In this document: positions 1 through 12,243 of the stretch, in pieces
Layout: each line of letters starts with the position of its first letter
Position numbering within the stretch: the first letter of the stretch is position 1
NCBI RefSeq assembly: GCF_001194135.2
Contig: NC_068995.1
Location: 30,885,272 to 30,949,271 of the forward strand
DNA length: 64,000 bases
Source: Octopus bimaculoides
Lineage: Eukaryota
Direction: 5' to 3'
Translations under genes and position numbers: made by a program
The notes under the pieces: generated by a model
What the model was told of the DNA's origin: nothing
Database searches by the model: none
What the model saw: the letters and a program-made list of their open reading frames with translations, nothing else

Positions 1-190
1 CATGTGGCACCTCAGGCAAGGGTCTTCTATAGACTCAGGCTGACCAAAGCCTTGTGAGTGAATTTTGTAGATGGAGACTGAAAGAAGCCTGTTGTGTGTG
101 TGTGCATATATATGTGTGTGTGTGTGTGTGTGTGTCTTTGTCCCCTACCCCTGCTTGACAATTGGTGTCGGTGTGTTTATGTCCATAATT
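1..190 (+). mobile_element. tRNA-derived SINE family A, partial
   Basis: gtggcacct..gaccaaagccttgtgagtg..actgaaagaagcc. Confidence 0.8.
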
Positions 191-227
191 TACTGATTCG
201 ACAAGAAGATACATACACAGGTGTGTA

Positions 228-1820
228 TGAGGGGTACCCAGAAGAAACCAGAATTTTACCATGTTTTATTTGCACAGTTGGGCCTAATGCAGTTTCACAC
301 CTCTCCTTGAAAAATGCATTAAAAAAAAAAAAATTCCATATTCCTGTTTTAGATGTCGGAAATTATAANNNNNNNNNNNNNNNNNNNNNNNNNNNNNNNN
401 NNNNNNNNNNNNNNNNNNNNNNNNNNNNNNNNNNNNNNNNNNNNNNNNNNNNNNNNNNNNNNNNNNNNNNNNNNNNNNNNNNNNNNNNNNNNNNNNNNNN
501 NNNNNNNNNNNNNNNNNNNNNNNNNNNNNNNNNNNNNNNNNNNNNNNNNNNNNNNNNNNNNNNNNNNNNNNNNNNNNNNNNNNNNNNNNNNNNNNNNNNN
601 NNNNNNNNNNNNNNNNNNNNNNNNNNNNNNNNNNNNNNNNNNNNNNNNNNNNNNNNNNNNNNNNNNNNNNNNNNNNNNNNNNNNNNNNNNNNNNNNNNNN
701 NNNNNNNNNNNNNNNNNNNNNNNNNNNNNNNNNNNNNNNNNNNNNNNNNNNNNNNNNNNNNNNNNNNNNNNNNNNNNNNNNNNNNNNNNNNNNNNNNNNN
801 NNNNNNNNNNNNNNNNNNNNNNNNNNNNNNNNNNNNNNNNNNNNNNNNNNNNNNNNNNNNNNNNNNNNNNNNNNNNNNNNNNNNNNNNNNNNNNNNNNNN
901 NNNNNNNNNNNNNNNNNNNNNNNNNNNNNNNNNNGAAATTAAAAAAAAAAGTTATTTTGCATATTCGTAATCTCCGACATCTAAAACATAGGAATCCTGA
1001 AAAAGTTTTTTTAAAAAATGCATTTTTCAAGGAGAGGTGTGAAACTGCATTAGCCCCGCATAGTTTTACATGTTTTCAGTTTTATCGTCTTCAAAGTATT
1101 TTCCATTTGAAGCAATGCATCAGTCCAGATGCATTTTCCACTGCTCAAAGTAATCCTGAAGCTCTTGCAAAGTGATGCCTTTTAACACCTCTGTCAGTTT
1201 TTTTCTTCACCTCTTCCACATCTGCAAATTCTGTAGTACTAGCTTTCATCACCAGTGATGACTTTCAAAGAAAAGTCTGGACTAACTGTTCTTTCAGTTC
1301 ACAACACATGTTCAGTCGTGACTGCCTTTGATCTTCCATGAGCAAGCAAGGCACAAATTTTGCTAGAACTCTTTTCATTCACAATTCCTTGCTCAAAATG
1401 TGTTGGCAGGAGCTCCAGGATACACCAGTCATATCAACAAGTTCGTCATTTGTTTGGCGATCACCCTCTAAGATCAGTTCATGAATTTTCATGATGTTTG
1501 CATTTGTTCAGGAGGTTGACTGTTGCCCTGAATGAGGTTGGTCTTCAAGTGACCATTCTTAAAGCATGAAAACCACTTATAAACTTGTGTTTTGTTCGTG
1601 GTAGCACTCTTGTAAACTGTTTGAAGCATGACAACTGTTTTAGCTGCCCTTCTCCCCAGCAGAAAACAATTTTACAGAAGCAAGCTGTTGCTTCATTTCA
1701 GCCATCGCAAAATCATCAAACAGGGGAAAAGCACTGCAAAACTACAGCCTGACCGAGACCTGAACTACAGCAGGTTTGTCTCACAGAGAATGCTTCTGGT
1801 TACTTTTGGGTATCTCCTCA
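228..1820 (-). mobile_element. mariner-type DNA transposon, internally deleted, with a nested insert
   Basis: TA|tgaggggtacccagaagaaaccagaa at the left; reverse complement TA|tgaggagatacccaaaagtaaccagaa at the right; minus-strand TQVYKWFSCFKNG and FEQWK..CIASNGKYFE. Confidence 0.75.
281..1056. mobile_element. TIR element with about 85-bp inverted arms nested in the mariner; interior is an N gap
   Basis: ggcctaatgcagtttcacacctctccttgaaaaatgcatt...gttttagatgtcgga at 281-360 is mirrored at about 970-1056. Confidence 0.65.
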
Positions 1821-2491
1821 TATATATACATACACGTGTACATACTATATATGTAGCAAGTCTTTGCACAAGTTTCTGCTTACCAAATTCCATTGGCATT
1901 AGCTAACCTAGGGCAACAGTAGAAAACATTTGCTTAATGTGCCACACAGTAAGATTGGACCTGGAGACATGGCTGCTACAGAATCTTAACAACACAGCCA
2001 TTCCTGTATGGTTAAAAAGTTTGCAAACTTGAGATTCTTTTTTTCAATTTCAAGTATTAGATATTTAAAATGTCATCTAGAAATTAGTTTAATGATTTTA
2101 AAAAATGCCTCTTGGTCTATGGAGGGTTGAGGGTCAGTGCTTAGTTCTGTTTTTATATAGACAATGAAGTCAATCTTACCCTGGACAAAGTGCCAATCTA
2201 CTACAGGTAACTTCCTCATATTTTGCATTTTATTCATTTATGAACATGTATAATAGATGAGTTTCTACATTTAATGTTTGGAGCTTGCAAAGAACATCCC
2301 CGTAAAACATTACAGACTGTCTGAGTTATGACTGTCAGTTCAGAAGAATCTGATAAACTGTTCAAAACCTATTTTGGAAAAATGCACACACACACACACA
2401 CACACACACNNNNNNNNNNNNNNNNNNNNNNNNNNNNNNNNNNNNNNNNNNNNNNNNNNNNNNNNNNNNNNNNNNNNNNNNNNNNNNNNNN

Positions 2492-2532
<41 letters not shown>

Positions 2533-2534
<2 letters not shown>

Positions 2535-2872
2535 GAAGAAAAGCAACAAAAATTCAATAGGTTATGGCAGTACGTATGTTTCGTACAAACTTCATTTATT
2601 TATGTAGTGAGAACACCACATAAGATGTGCAATGAAAATGTACTCCTAGACTGTTGATTAACAGCCCAGTCAAGTTGGTATTTTATTCTTCTCCTACTCT
2701 TGTTTTTGCACACATCTACAAAATGACTTTCTAAAATGAACTTCCATTATGCAGCTGAGGAGTACATTTTCATTGCACATCTTATGTGGTGTTCTCACTA
2801 CATAAATAAATGAAGTTTGTACGAAATGTACGTACTGCCATAACTTATTGAATTTTTGTTGCTTTTCTTCAA
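2533..2872. repeat. Inverted repeat, about 115-bp arms and 110-bp spacer
   Basis: 2533-2647 pairs with 2758-2872, with few mismatches. Confidence 0.9.
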
Positions 2873-3129
2873 ATTTTATTCACCANNNNNNNNNNAAATA
2901 AATGAAGTTTGTACGAAATGTACGTACTGCCATAACTTATTGAATTTTTGTTGCTTTTCTTCAAATTTTATTCACCAAATCTCTTGATTTTGTTTTTGGT
3001 TTTTACCCTACCAAATTCTGGCGCCTCAAACATTTTAAGTACCACATTTAATCTTTTGATTAAATCTATATTATTATATATATATATATATAGATAGATT
3101 TGGCATGGTTTTCTATGGCTGGATGTTCT

Positions 3130-3665
3130 TCCTAACACCAACCACTCTGAGAGTGTAATGGGTACTTTTACATGCCACCAGCATGAGTGCCATATGTATG
3201 ACGCCAGGGTGCTTTTATGTTCCACCAGCATGGGTACCAATTTGCGTGACACCGATATCTGCCATGACTGTGATTTTGCTTGGCTTGATGGGTCTTCTTA
3301 AGCATGACATAATGCCAAAAGTCTCGGTCATTGTCTCCGTGAGGCCCAACACTCGAAAAGAACTCAGCCACTTTGCCTCTGTGAGGACCAATGCTTGAAA
3401 GGTGTTCTTTATGTGCCACCAGCATGGGTGCACTTGGCTTGACAGATCCTCTCAAGCATAGCACATCCCCAAAGGTCTCGGTCACTAGACATTGCCTCTG
3501 TGAGGCTCAAAGTTCAAAGATCATGCTTCACCACCTTGTTCCATGTCTTCCTGGGTCTGCCTCTACCACAGGTCCCCTTCACAGTTAGAGATCGGCACTT
3601 CTTTACACAGCTGTTCTTGTCCATATGCATCACATGACCATACCAGCGCAGTTGTCTCTCTTGCA
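3130..3665 (-). mobile_element. RTE-type LINE 3' end with a duplicated 3' UTR segment
   Basis: RCGVQERQLRWYGHVMHMDKNSCVKKCRSLTVKGTCGRGRPRKTW; atgccaaaagtctcggtca and atccccaaaggtctcggtca repeated. Confidence 0.8.
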
Positions 3666-3714
3666 CACCACATCTGATACCATATGTACGTATACATACA
3701 TACATGCGCGCGTG

Positions 3715-3745
<31 letters not shown>

Positions 3746-3754
3746 ATTCTTTTA

Positions 3755-3960
3755 CTGGTTTCACTCATTAGACTGTAGTCATTGTAGGGTACTGCCTGGA
3801 AGGGTTTAGTTGNNNNNNNNNNTAGACTGTAGTCATTGTAGGGTACTGCCTGGAAGGGTTTAGTTGAACAAATTGGTCCCAGTACTTTTTTAAAAGCCTG
3901 ATGCTTATTTTATTAGACTTTCTTTGCTAAACCATTAGGGACATAAACAAACCAACACCA
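3755..3960 (-). mobile_element. SINE family A, 3' part
   Basis: Reverse complement of the family A tail. Confidence 0.65.
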
Positions 3961-3965
3961 GTATA

Positions 3966-4279
3966 TGGGGTACTGCCTTGAAGGGTTAGCACTGGATACT
4001 ATGTCCCTTCCACTAGATCTAAATAACTTTCTGATGTCCTTGCACTTGTAACATAGCTGTTCAACACATATCAACATATATATATATATATATAAGAAGA
4101 AGGTGAGAGAGAACCAAATAGCAGGGTCCTTAAACTTGTGTTTAATTGATAGATGCTGTGTGATTGTTTGTTGATATGTGTTGAACAGCTATGTTACAAG
4201 TGCAAGGACATCAGAAAGTTATTTAGATCTAGTGGAAGGGACATAGTATCCAGTACTAACCCTTTAAGGCAGTACCCCA
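3966..4279. repeat. Inverted repeat, about 111-bp arms and 92-bp spacer
   Basis: 3966-4076 pairs with 4169-4279. Confidence 0.9.
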
Positions 4280-4729
4280 GAATGACCGCAGTCTTATGAT
4301 TGAAACCAGTAAATGAATAAACGCATGTGTGCGCACATACACACACATACAGGAGTAGAGGAAGTCTTTAGTGTGAGTTTCACTGTTCCTTCAATGGTCA
4401 ATCTGAAATGTCAGTCCAGTGCAGTTGTTGTTATCAGTTGGTTGTAATACCATTTCATTTTGTTCCATGAAACAACAGGGAGCTGTGTTGTTTTTAAGAC
4501 CCAAAGCTATTCCAACCATGCATTGTGTACAACTGCAATGTCTATTGTATCCTTTTAAATGGTAGGGTTGGATTCTATGACATAGTCTTCAGTTAGTATC
4601 TGTAAGACCCAGTGTTAGTTAAAGGTCTTTCCACTTGCTACTGTATGTACATTCTAGGTTGGTATCTACTGAAAATACCAGTAATTCTCAGCATGAAATG
4701 AAAATAGTATGTTAATATTGTAGTAGTTA

Positions 4730-4935
4730 CTGGCAGAATCGTTAGCATGCCAGGCAAAATGTTCAGCAGCATTTTGTCTGTCTTTACATTCTAAGTTCAA
4801 ATTCTGCTGAGGTCGACTTTGCCTTTCATTCTTTTGGGGTCGATAAAATTAGTACCAGTCAAGCATTTGGGTCGATGTAATCAACTTACCCCCTCCCCCA
4901 AAATTGCTAGCCTTGTACCCAAAGTTGAAACCAAT
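4730..4935 (+). mobile_element. tRNA-derived SINE family B
   Basis: tggcagaatcgttagca..aagttcaaattctgctgaggtcgactttgcctttcat..gtcgataaaattagtaccagt. Confidence 0.8.
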
Positions 4936-4965
4936 ATTGTAGTAGTTACTGAAGTATATGTACCA

Positions 4966-5355
4966 GGAGTGACTGTGTGGTAAGTAGCTTGCTTACCAAC
5001 CACATGGTTTCCGGGTTTAGTTTCACTGCGTGGCACCTTGGGCAAATGTCTTCTACTGTAACCTCGGGCCGACCAAAGCCTTGTGAGTGGATTTGGTAGA
5101 CGGAAACTGAAAGAAACCCGTCGTATGTATGTATATGTGTGTGTGTTTGTGTGTCTGTGTTTGTCCCCCAACATTGCTTGACAACCGATGCTGGTGTGTT
5201 TATGTCCCCGTAACTTAGCGGTTCGGCAAAAGAGACTGATAAAATAAGTACTGGGCTTACAAAGAATAAGTCCTGGAGTAGATTTGCTCAACTAGAGGCG
5301 GTGCTCCAGCATGGCTGCAGTCAAATAACTGAAACAAGTAAAAGAGAGTAAAGAA
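4966..5355 (+). mobile_element. SINE family A, full length
   Basis: A box and B box head (GGAGTGACTGTGTGGTAAG..GGTTTAGTTTCAC), internal TA/TG tract, tail gactgaaacaagtaaaaga. Confidence 0.88.
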
Positions 5356-6049
5356 TATACAATTCTCTAGTTTATGAGATGAGGAATTTTTATATTATAT
5401 ATTATTTGGAGTGGTGTCCTCATAGTTTGTACATCATTGTACATTATATTTTCACATGTAAAATGTTCAGCACATGTGTATTTCTACTAGTGTATATAAG
5501 GATGGGTGTATGTTAATGTATCTAATGGTGAGCTGAGATGTCTCTTGTTCTTGATCAGCTTCAGTCAATCTGTGACCAAAGGCACTTTATCCAGGACCAA
5601 CTCATAATTTTTTTCTGACATTATGTATGTATAACCATACTATCCATATACCCTCTACTCTTTTCAGAGTACCATAAGCCACGATATTAGTGAGTTTTGG
5701 CTGTTCTTTCTAGCATGTTGAGTTACCATGTAGATGCTCCTCACTGGCTTGCAATACGTGGTTGTAGATGAGAAATACAGCTTGTTATGTCACAGTGTAC
5801 CCAATGTTTCAAGTACCTGGCATTCATAATGTCAAGTTGGTACCATAAATATTAACAACTAAAACTGTGTTAGCTATAAATATGCAATGGACAACAGAAT
5901 AGGAAATAAACAACATTCATATCTTGTTTGTTTGTTGAAAGCAGGAGATTCTAGAATAACAAGAATTACTTCCATAATCGTGTGTGTGTGTATTTTACTC
6001 ATGTAAGTCACTGGAATAAGGCATTGCTCCAAACACTGCCTTCTAGAAT

Positions 6050-7200
6050 GTAGTCAGTTATAATGATCTACTCTTGTAGTTATTTTAGAAACTGGTATTC
6101 ATTGTCTATTTGTACTTTCAAAGTGGACAGAATTTCAATGCAGAACACAACCAAACTCCACAAAATGTTTCTCTGTAATGTTCTTACAGTTCTGTGATTC
6201 ACTTTAGACAAAACACAGAGATGGTTGAGCTTTTTAATATGGGTCTGGTACATTGTCCAAGTTTCCACATCATATAGGAGAACTGGAAGAATGATAGCAG
6301 TCTAAATTTTAGTTTTCAAATATGTGCAAGTATCTGAGTTGTACCATACTCAATGCTACTGTTTTCCCAAAACCACACATGTCTTGCAAATATGTGATTC
6401 CCTTTCACCATCAATGCAGGCATTTAAGGATGGAGTATGTCCATGATACTCAAAATTGTCTACATTTCTCAGCTCATTCTAACTTTTATTCCAGAAGCTA
6501 CAAACTGTTTATGTCCTGGGCCAGGTGGATGCTGTTCTGTTTTTATAGTGCTTATATTGAGTCAAGTTGTTAAAGACCTTTGAGAATTGATCATCATATG
6601 CTTGTTTACTGAACTTATCTGGTACAAGCTACCCACAATCATTTACAGATATTCATTCACAGACACTTAGATGGTTGTGACCTACAAAGACGAAATAATT
6701 TGCCATCATATCTCTGCTTTAGTTCTTGGTGAAGGTATTCTGAAAGTCTTTAGCAACAAGGTAGAAAACATTATAGCGAAAATTGTAGGTGCTAAGACAC
6801 GACTCTCTTTCACACTATTTTTTACAGAATATGATGTAGATATCTTTGTTGCATCTGTTGTTTGCCATCGTGAAATTGGAACACCATACACATGAACATG
6901 GATGGACAACTGTATTTGACAAGGATTGACCACTAACCACAATGATACACTATATCAAAAAAAGCTTTTCCTTGTGAGATCAACAAAGCTTAGATACAAG
7001 ACCTCATTGTATTCTATACACTTCTGGATCTATCTTATTGTAAAGATCATACCAGTAATGCCCCTTTCACAAAAGAAGTTTCACAAATTTTTTAATAGGC
7101 TATTGTTAATGATGAGATTATTGAGGTGATTCAAGAGTATTCTTGCCAAAATTTGCCAGCAGTTAAGGCCTGTATGACTGTCATTTTAATTTGAATTGTA
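6050..7200 (-). mobile_element. RTE-type LINE RT fragment, degenerate
   Basis: RGITGMIFTIR..LYLSFVDLT; SVKESRVLAPTIFAIMFS; ETWTMYQTHIKKLNH. Confidence 0.75.
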
Positions 7201-7972
7201 GCATATTTATGCATTATTATGATTTTATACAGATGCATGGAACAAAATATGTTGCTATAAGTTAGCTCAGTCATCAGAGACAAACACATGTAACATAACA
7301 TACATGCAGAAACTTCTCACTTTGTAATGACATTGAGTAAAAGGTAGAAATCATTTTGTCTATATGACACTTTATCTAAACTCACAGCATGTGGTTTAAT
7401 ATCATTACTTGTTAGCATGTGCATGCATGTTTTTATACACAATATATATATACTCTAGAATAGTATCCCATCGTTGCCAAGTAATTTTCACATTAGATGC
7501 CTTGATAGACTTTCAGAATAGCATACCCACATAAGTTGAATTTTTCTCTGTTTTGATGGAAATTTATGAATCCCATCTCCCCATTTCTGGACTAATGTTG
7601 TCCAATTCTTTTTCTTTTTGTACTATTCACTTTAAAGACAATGGTGAAATTTTTAAAAAATTCTTTCTTTTAACCCCACTCCCACCCCATAAATTCTAAA
7701 ATTTCAGCGGTTTTGAAATTTTTTTCCAATTGTAGTTTTAAAAAATAGACAGTCCAAATCAGCAATTTATTTCTGTGTGTAATTTCAAGTGTGTGATTTA
7801 AGGGAGGTATAACCATTGTTTCTAGCACATCACATGACCACCTAGTACCTTGTTTCTTTGTCACTCTGATATGTATTGATCTTTTCAATATTTTTCTCCC
7901 CATAAGGCATTTTCTAGAATGATGAGGTTAGGGTTGGGGTTGCTGGGATTTAAGCAACAACAAAATTTTTAA

Positions 7973-8263
7973 CCGTAAAATCACATGTAATTTATGCACT
8001 TTTTTTGCAAAAACAAAAATAATCTTTAGGGGGTGCGTAAATTACAACTAGATCATTTCCAGAACTTTTTAAGAAATTTTTTGTTGAAAAATGACATAGG
8101 AGTGGGAGTGGCTGTGTGGTAAGTAGCTTGCTTACCAACCACATGGTTCTGGGTTCATTCCCACTGTGTGGCACCTTGGGCAAGTGTCTTCTACTATAGC
8201 TTCGGACCGACCAAAGCCTTATGAGTGGATTTGGTAGAAGGAAACTGAAAGAAGCCTGTCGTA

Positions 8264-8312
<49 letters not shown>

Positions 8313-9131
8313 CTGTGTTTGTCCCCCCCAACATCACTTGACAACTGATGGTGGTGTGTTTACGTCCCTGTAACTTAGCAGTTTGGCAAAAGAGAGTCCG
8401 ATAGAATAAGTACTAGGCTTACAAAGAATAAATCCTGGGGTCGATTTGCTTGACTAAAGGTGGTGCTCCAGCATGGCTGCAGTCAAATGATTGAAACAAG
8501 TAAAAGAGAAAAGAGAGTAAGATATAAATGTAAACATTTATATCGGAAGTTGACTCATTTAATGTCAGAATAGGTTTTTACAGAAAAAATATAATGAAGT
8601 TGACTTATATGTATGCTAGACGGTATAATGCTTGCTTTTTCTGTATAAATTTACTAAAACCATTAAATGGTTAACTTCTTTTTGAAGTTTGTTGTTCATG
8701 GTGGTAATCACAGTCCGGGCCATATTGTACTGCATCTAATGCCGACGACAACATCATAATTCACCCTTGCGCAAGTAAACTCACTTAGTGAGTATGACTT
8801 AGCGTTCCTACAGAAACCTTCATTTAGCTTATACGATGTTTAATGTCGTTTCACATTCATGTTAAATTATGCAGCAATCTTATGTTCTTTTCATAGAACA
8901 CTTGTAATGTATGTATTACCAGTTCTTTTGGTATAGTAGATTTTTGTTATTCTTGTTTATGTCTCCTCACAGTCGTGCATATTCTAACAAGTCGCTTCAT
9001 AAATTTTGCACCTCTCTTGTTCAATAAACACTGTGTTAAACTTGCACAGCTGTTTATTTTCTCCTTTCGATTTTTAATGTTTATTTTAGCGGGTTACCAA
9101 ACTATCAGTTTGGTCTCCTGGCTAAAACGGT
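7973..9131. mobile_element. Non-autonomous DNA element (Tc2/pogo-like terminus) interrupted by a SINE
   Basis: Colinear with 63298-64000 once the SINE at about 8100-8520 is removed; subterminal inverted motif gtaatttatgcac...gtgcgtaaattac. Confidence 0.6.
8106..8519 (+). mobile_element. SINE family A, full length, nested in a DNA element
   Basis: Same head, body and tail as the other copies. Confidence 0.88.
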
Positions 9132-10107
9132 AATGACAAATTTTAAAGTTTGCTTGACATTTTATAAGTGTGAAAGGGATTAATATTTTGATACTCTGCA
9201 TCAAAGGTTCTGACAAGAATAGGCAGAAAATCAGAGCTTGAGACAAGAAGACACTTTCAACCAATTAGAATTCTGTTTACATAATCAGTTTGATCAGTCA
9301 TCTTCCTTTGTTGGTTGAGTAGGTCAACCANNNNNNNNNNNNNNNNNNNNNNNNNNNNNNNNNNNNNNNNNNNNNNNNNNNNNNNNNNNNNNNNNNNNNN
9401 NNNNNNNNNNNNNNNNNNNNNNNNNNNNNNNNNNNNNNNNNNNNNNNNNNNNNNNNNNNNNNNNNNNNNNNNNNNNNNNNNNNNNNNNNNNNNNNNNNNN
9501 NNNNNNNNNNNNNNNNNNNNNNNNNNNNNNNNNNNNNNNNNNNNNNNNNNNNNNNNNNNNNNNNNNNNNNNNNNNNNNNNNNNNNNNNNNNNNNNNNNNN
9601 NNNNNNNNNNNNNNNNNNNNNNNNNNNNNNNNNNNNNNNNNNNNNNNNNNNNNNNNNNNNNNNNNNNNNNNNNNNNNNNNNNNNNNNNNNNNNNNNNNNN
9701 NNNNNNNNNNNNNNNNNNNNNNNNNNNNNNNNNNNNNNNNNNNNNNNNNNNNNNNNNNNNNNNNNNNNNNNNNNNNNNNNNNNNNNNNNNNNNNNNNNNN
9801 NNNNNNNNNNNNNNNNNNNNNNNNNNNNNNNNNNNNNNNNNNNNNNNNNNNNNNNNNNNNNNNNNNNNNNNNNNNNNNNNNNNNNNNNNNNNNNNNNNNN
9901 NNNNNNNNNNNNNNNNNNNNNNNNNNNNNNNNNNNNNNNNNNNNNNNNNNNNNNNNNNNNNNNNNNNNNNNNNNNNNNNNNNNNNNNNNNNNNNNNNNNN
10001 NNNNNNNNNNNNNNNNNNNNNNNNNNNNNNNNNNNNNNNNNNNNNNNNNNNNNNNNNNNNNNNNNNNNNNNNNNNNNNNNNNNNNNNNNNNNNNNNNNNN
10101 NNNNNNN

Positions 10108-10195
10108 GACAAACACACACACACTCAATGGGCGCACAATATACTTTTGTAGAGAGTGAGAAAGTTTACCTTCAGAAAATGAAAGAGATAGGCCA

Positions 10196-10234
<39 letters not shown>

Positions 10235-11130
10235 TGTGACACTTATTCGGTAGCCATGATAAAACTTTGAGTTTCGGATGCCAGGGTGGTAGCCCACGCC
10301 AACATCTCTTCAGTTATCCTGCCATTGGAAATTCCTGTGAAAAATGACCGTTAAGCAAAGGGAAATTACTGTGTGGTGACCATCATTAAGACAAAAGAGC
10401 TAATAGACCGCTAAGTAAGGTAAAGGTAAGGGAGTAGAGAAGTCTATAGGTTCGTGTAAGCGCACCAATCTGTCCATCCGCCTATATTTATATACTAAAA
10501 CTACCCTCGCTTTAAACACACACATGCTCACCCACATACTCACCAAAGACTATACATATATGTACATATGCATATATATACACACATACACATCCACACT
10601 CACACGCACACAACAACCCCGCACCCATACACATGCACGCAAAAAAAAATTATTTTATATATATATATAGGGCTAAAAGCAAGAAACAGTGTGGGAAAGC
10701 TATAAGGTCAAAACGCATCTAAAACTGCGCATATTTTCACATGCACGCACATATCTATATACGCACGTACCCGCGCACACTCACAAGCGCGCACATATAA
10801 GGTTCCATGTATGTGCCCATAGACGCACCGGAAAAAAACGGTGGAGGGGAGAAAACAGAAAACTATGTGTGGAAAAAATACAAAAACATTAACTCTATAA
10901 TTATGTAAAAATATAAAAAGTAAAAAAATCTAAAACAAGTAAAAAGTATAGAAGGGTAAAAACCTTATACATAGACACAATATAGAAAGCAAATCCTATC
11001 AGTACAGTCCTATCAGTACAGTCCTATCAGCAGGTCCTATCAGTAAAAATATTTAAAAATATATAAGAAATGCACGTAAGAAGTATATCTCTCTATACTT
11101 CTTACTAGACGAACGAATTGACAACCTCCA
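10108..11130 (-). mobile_element. Non-coding hammerhead-bearing element (Penelope pLTR-like or retrozyme-like)
   Basis: CpG-richer than its flanks, carries the hammerhead at 10253-10323, a TATA-like motif, internal microsatellites and a short tandem repeat (cctatcagtacagt); no recognisable ORF; left end runs into the N gap. Confidence 0.45.
10253..10323 (-). ncRNA. Type I hammerhead ribozyme-like motif
   Basis: Minus strand reads GGCAGGATAA-CTGAAGA-GATGTTGGCGTGG GCTA CCACCCTGGCATCC-GAAA-C TCAAA G-TT-TTATCATGGC: core boxes, long stem II, 1-bp stem III, and stem I GATAA/TTATC. Confidence 0.65.
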
Positions 11131-11310
11131 GTAACTTTCCCTTAACAAAAATTATACATTGGTCTGAAAGAGAGAGAGTGTTCTTTTCTGTTGTTGTCAC
11201 AGATTTTGAAATTTTATAATTTGGTATATTGATGTACTTTTTCATGTTGAATCCAAGTTTGTGATTCATTTATTCCATAAAAATTTTAGAAAAATGTTAC
11301 AGAGATTTAG

Positions 11311-11527
11311 CCCATTAGCACTCAGATTACTCTGTCAAATGTAATGCTTACTTATTCACATTGTTTTGAATTAATCCTGCATTATCCTGTAGCTTTGAAA
11401 TGATAATCTGATTGTATACTTTTCGAATAACATTGTAGGGTAGGTGTGAGAGGTTAGATCTGGAGAGTTTGAACATAAAACTGGTAGAATATTTGTGTCA
11501 GATATGGCATATTTAAATACTAAAGGG
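11311..11527. mobile_element. piggyBac-type MITE, family 2, older copy
   Basis: ttag|cccattagca...taaaggg|ttga. Confidence 0.7.
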
Positions 11528-12200
11528 TTGAAGCTAATTTTTACCCAATCATAAAATGGGTTTTAAGTGCTAAGCCTTTTGTGTGTGATAAGCTGTATCA
11601 TAAAATGAAAGTAAACATTAGAAGACAAGGTTTTAAAGAAAATGAAAGCAATGGGTGAGAGTTAATTACATATCCAGAGAAAATGAGTGTCAAAGAATAT
11701 GGTAAATATATAGAGAGAGATAGATTGATGGTCATAGATGGAGAGTGGGAGATTTGTGGATCTAAAAGTTGAGCTATTTCTCAGAGAAAATTATATTTTC
11801 TTTTATTATATTATTTATGGATAACATTGTCTTTGGGATGCAGATTCAGAAAATCAAATTCGTTTTTCTTGAGGAGGCACTGTTTCAGAGCCTTTTTGAG
11901 TTAAACACACATACATAACCACATACATTCGTATTTATATAATAGATATGTGTATGTATATGCATGTAGGTGTATATGTATGGGTATATGTATATATGTA
12001 ATCTACCTAGGAGAAGGAAATCTTCAAAATAAAATCCGAGGCCTGGGAAATTCCTGGTTTTGTCAATTTTCATGTCACACTGGCGAAGGTTTTCTTGAGC
12101 CAATAGGTGGGGGTAGTGCAGTGCAAGCTACTCCCACTGAAAATTATTCATCTGCACTGGTACTTGCTGTACACCAAATCCTAGTAAAATCATATATATG

Positions 12201-12243
<43 letters not shown>

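Noticed and set aside
94-942. Long ORFs in the track that span N runs (also at about 9.3, 20.5, 22, 29.3, 45.3 and 54.8 kb)
   Set aside because: They stay open only because N codons are not stops; many others are microsatellite translations ([12 protein letters not shown]).
2805-2975. Exact direct duplication of about 80 bp across a short N gap; the same pattern occurs at 3770-3865
   Set aside because: Identical copies on either side of a roughly 10-N spacer are typical unmerged contig overlaps, i.e. an assembly artefact.
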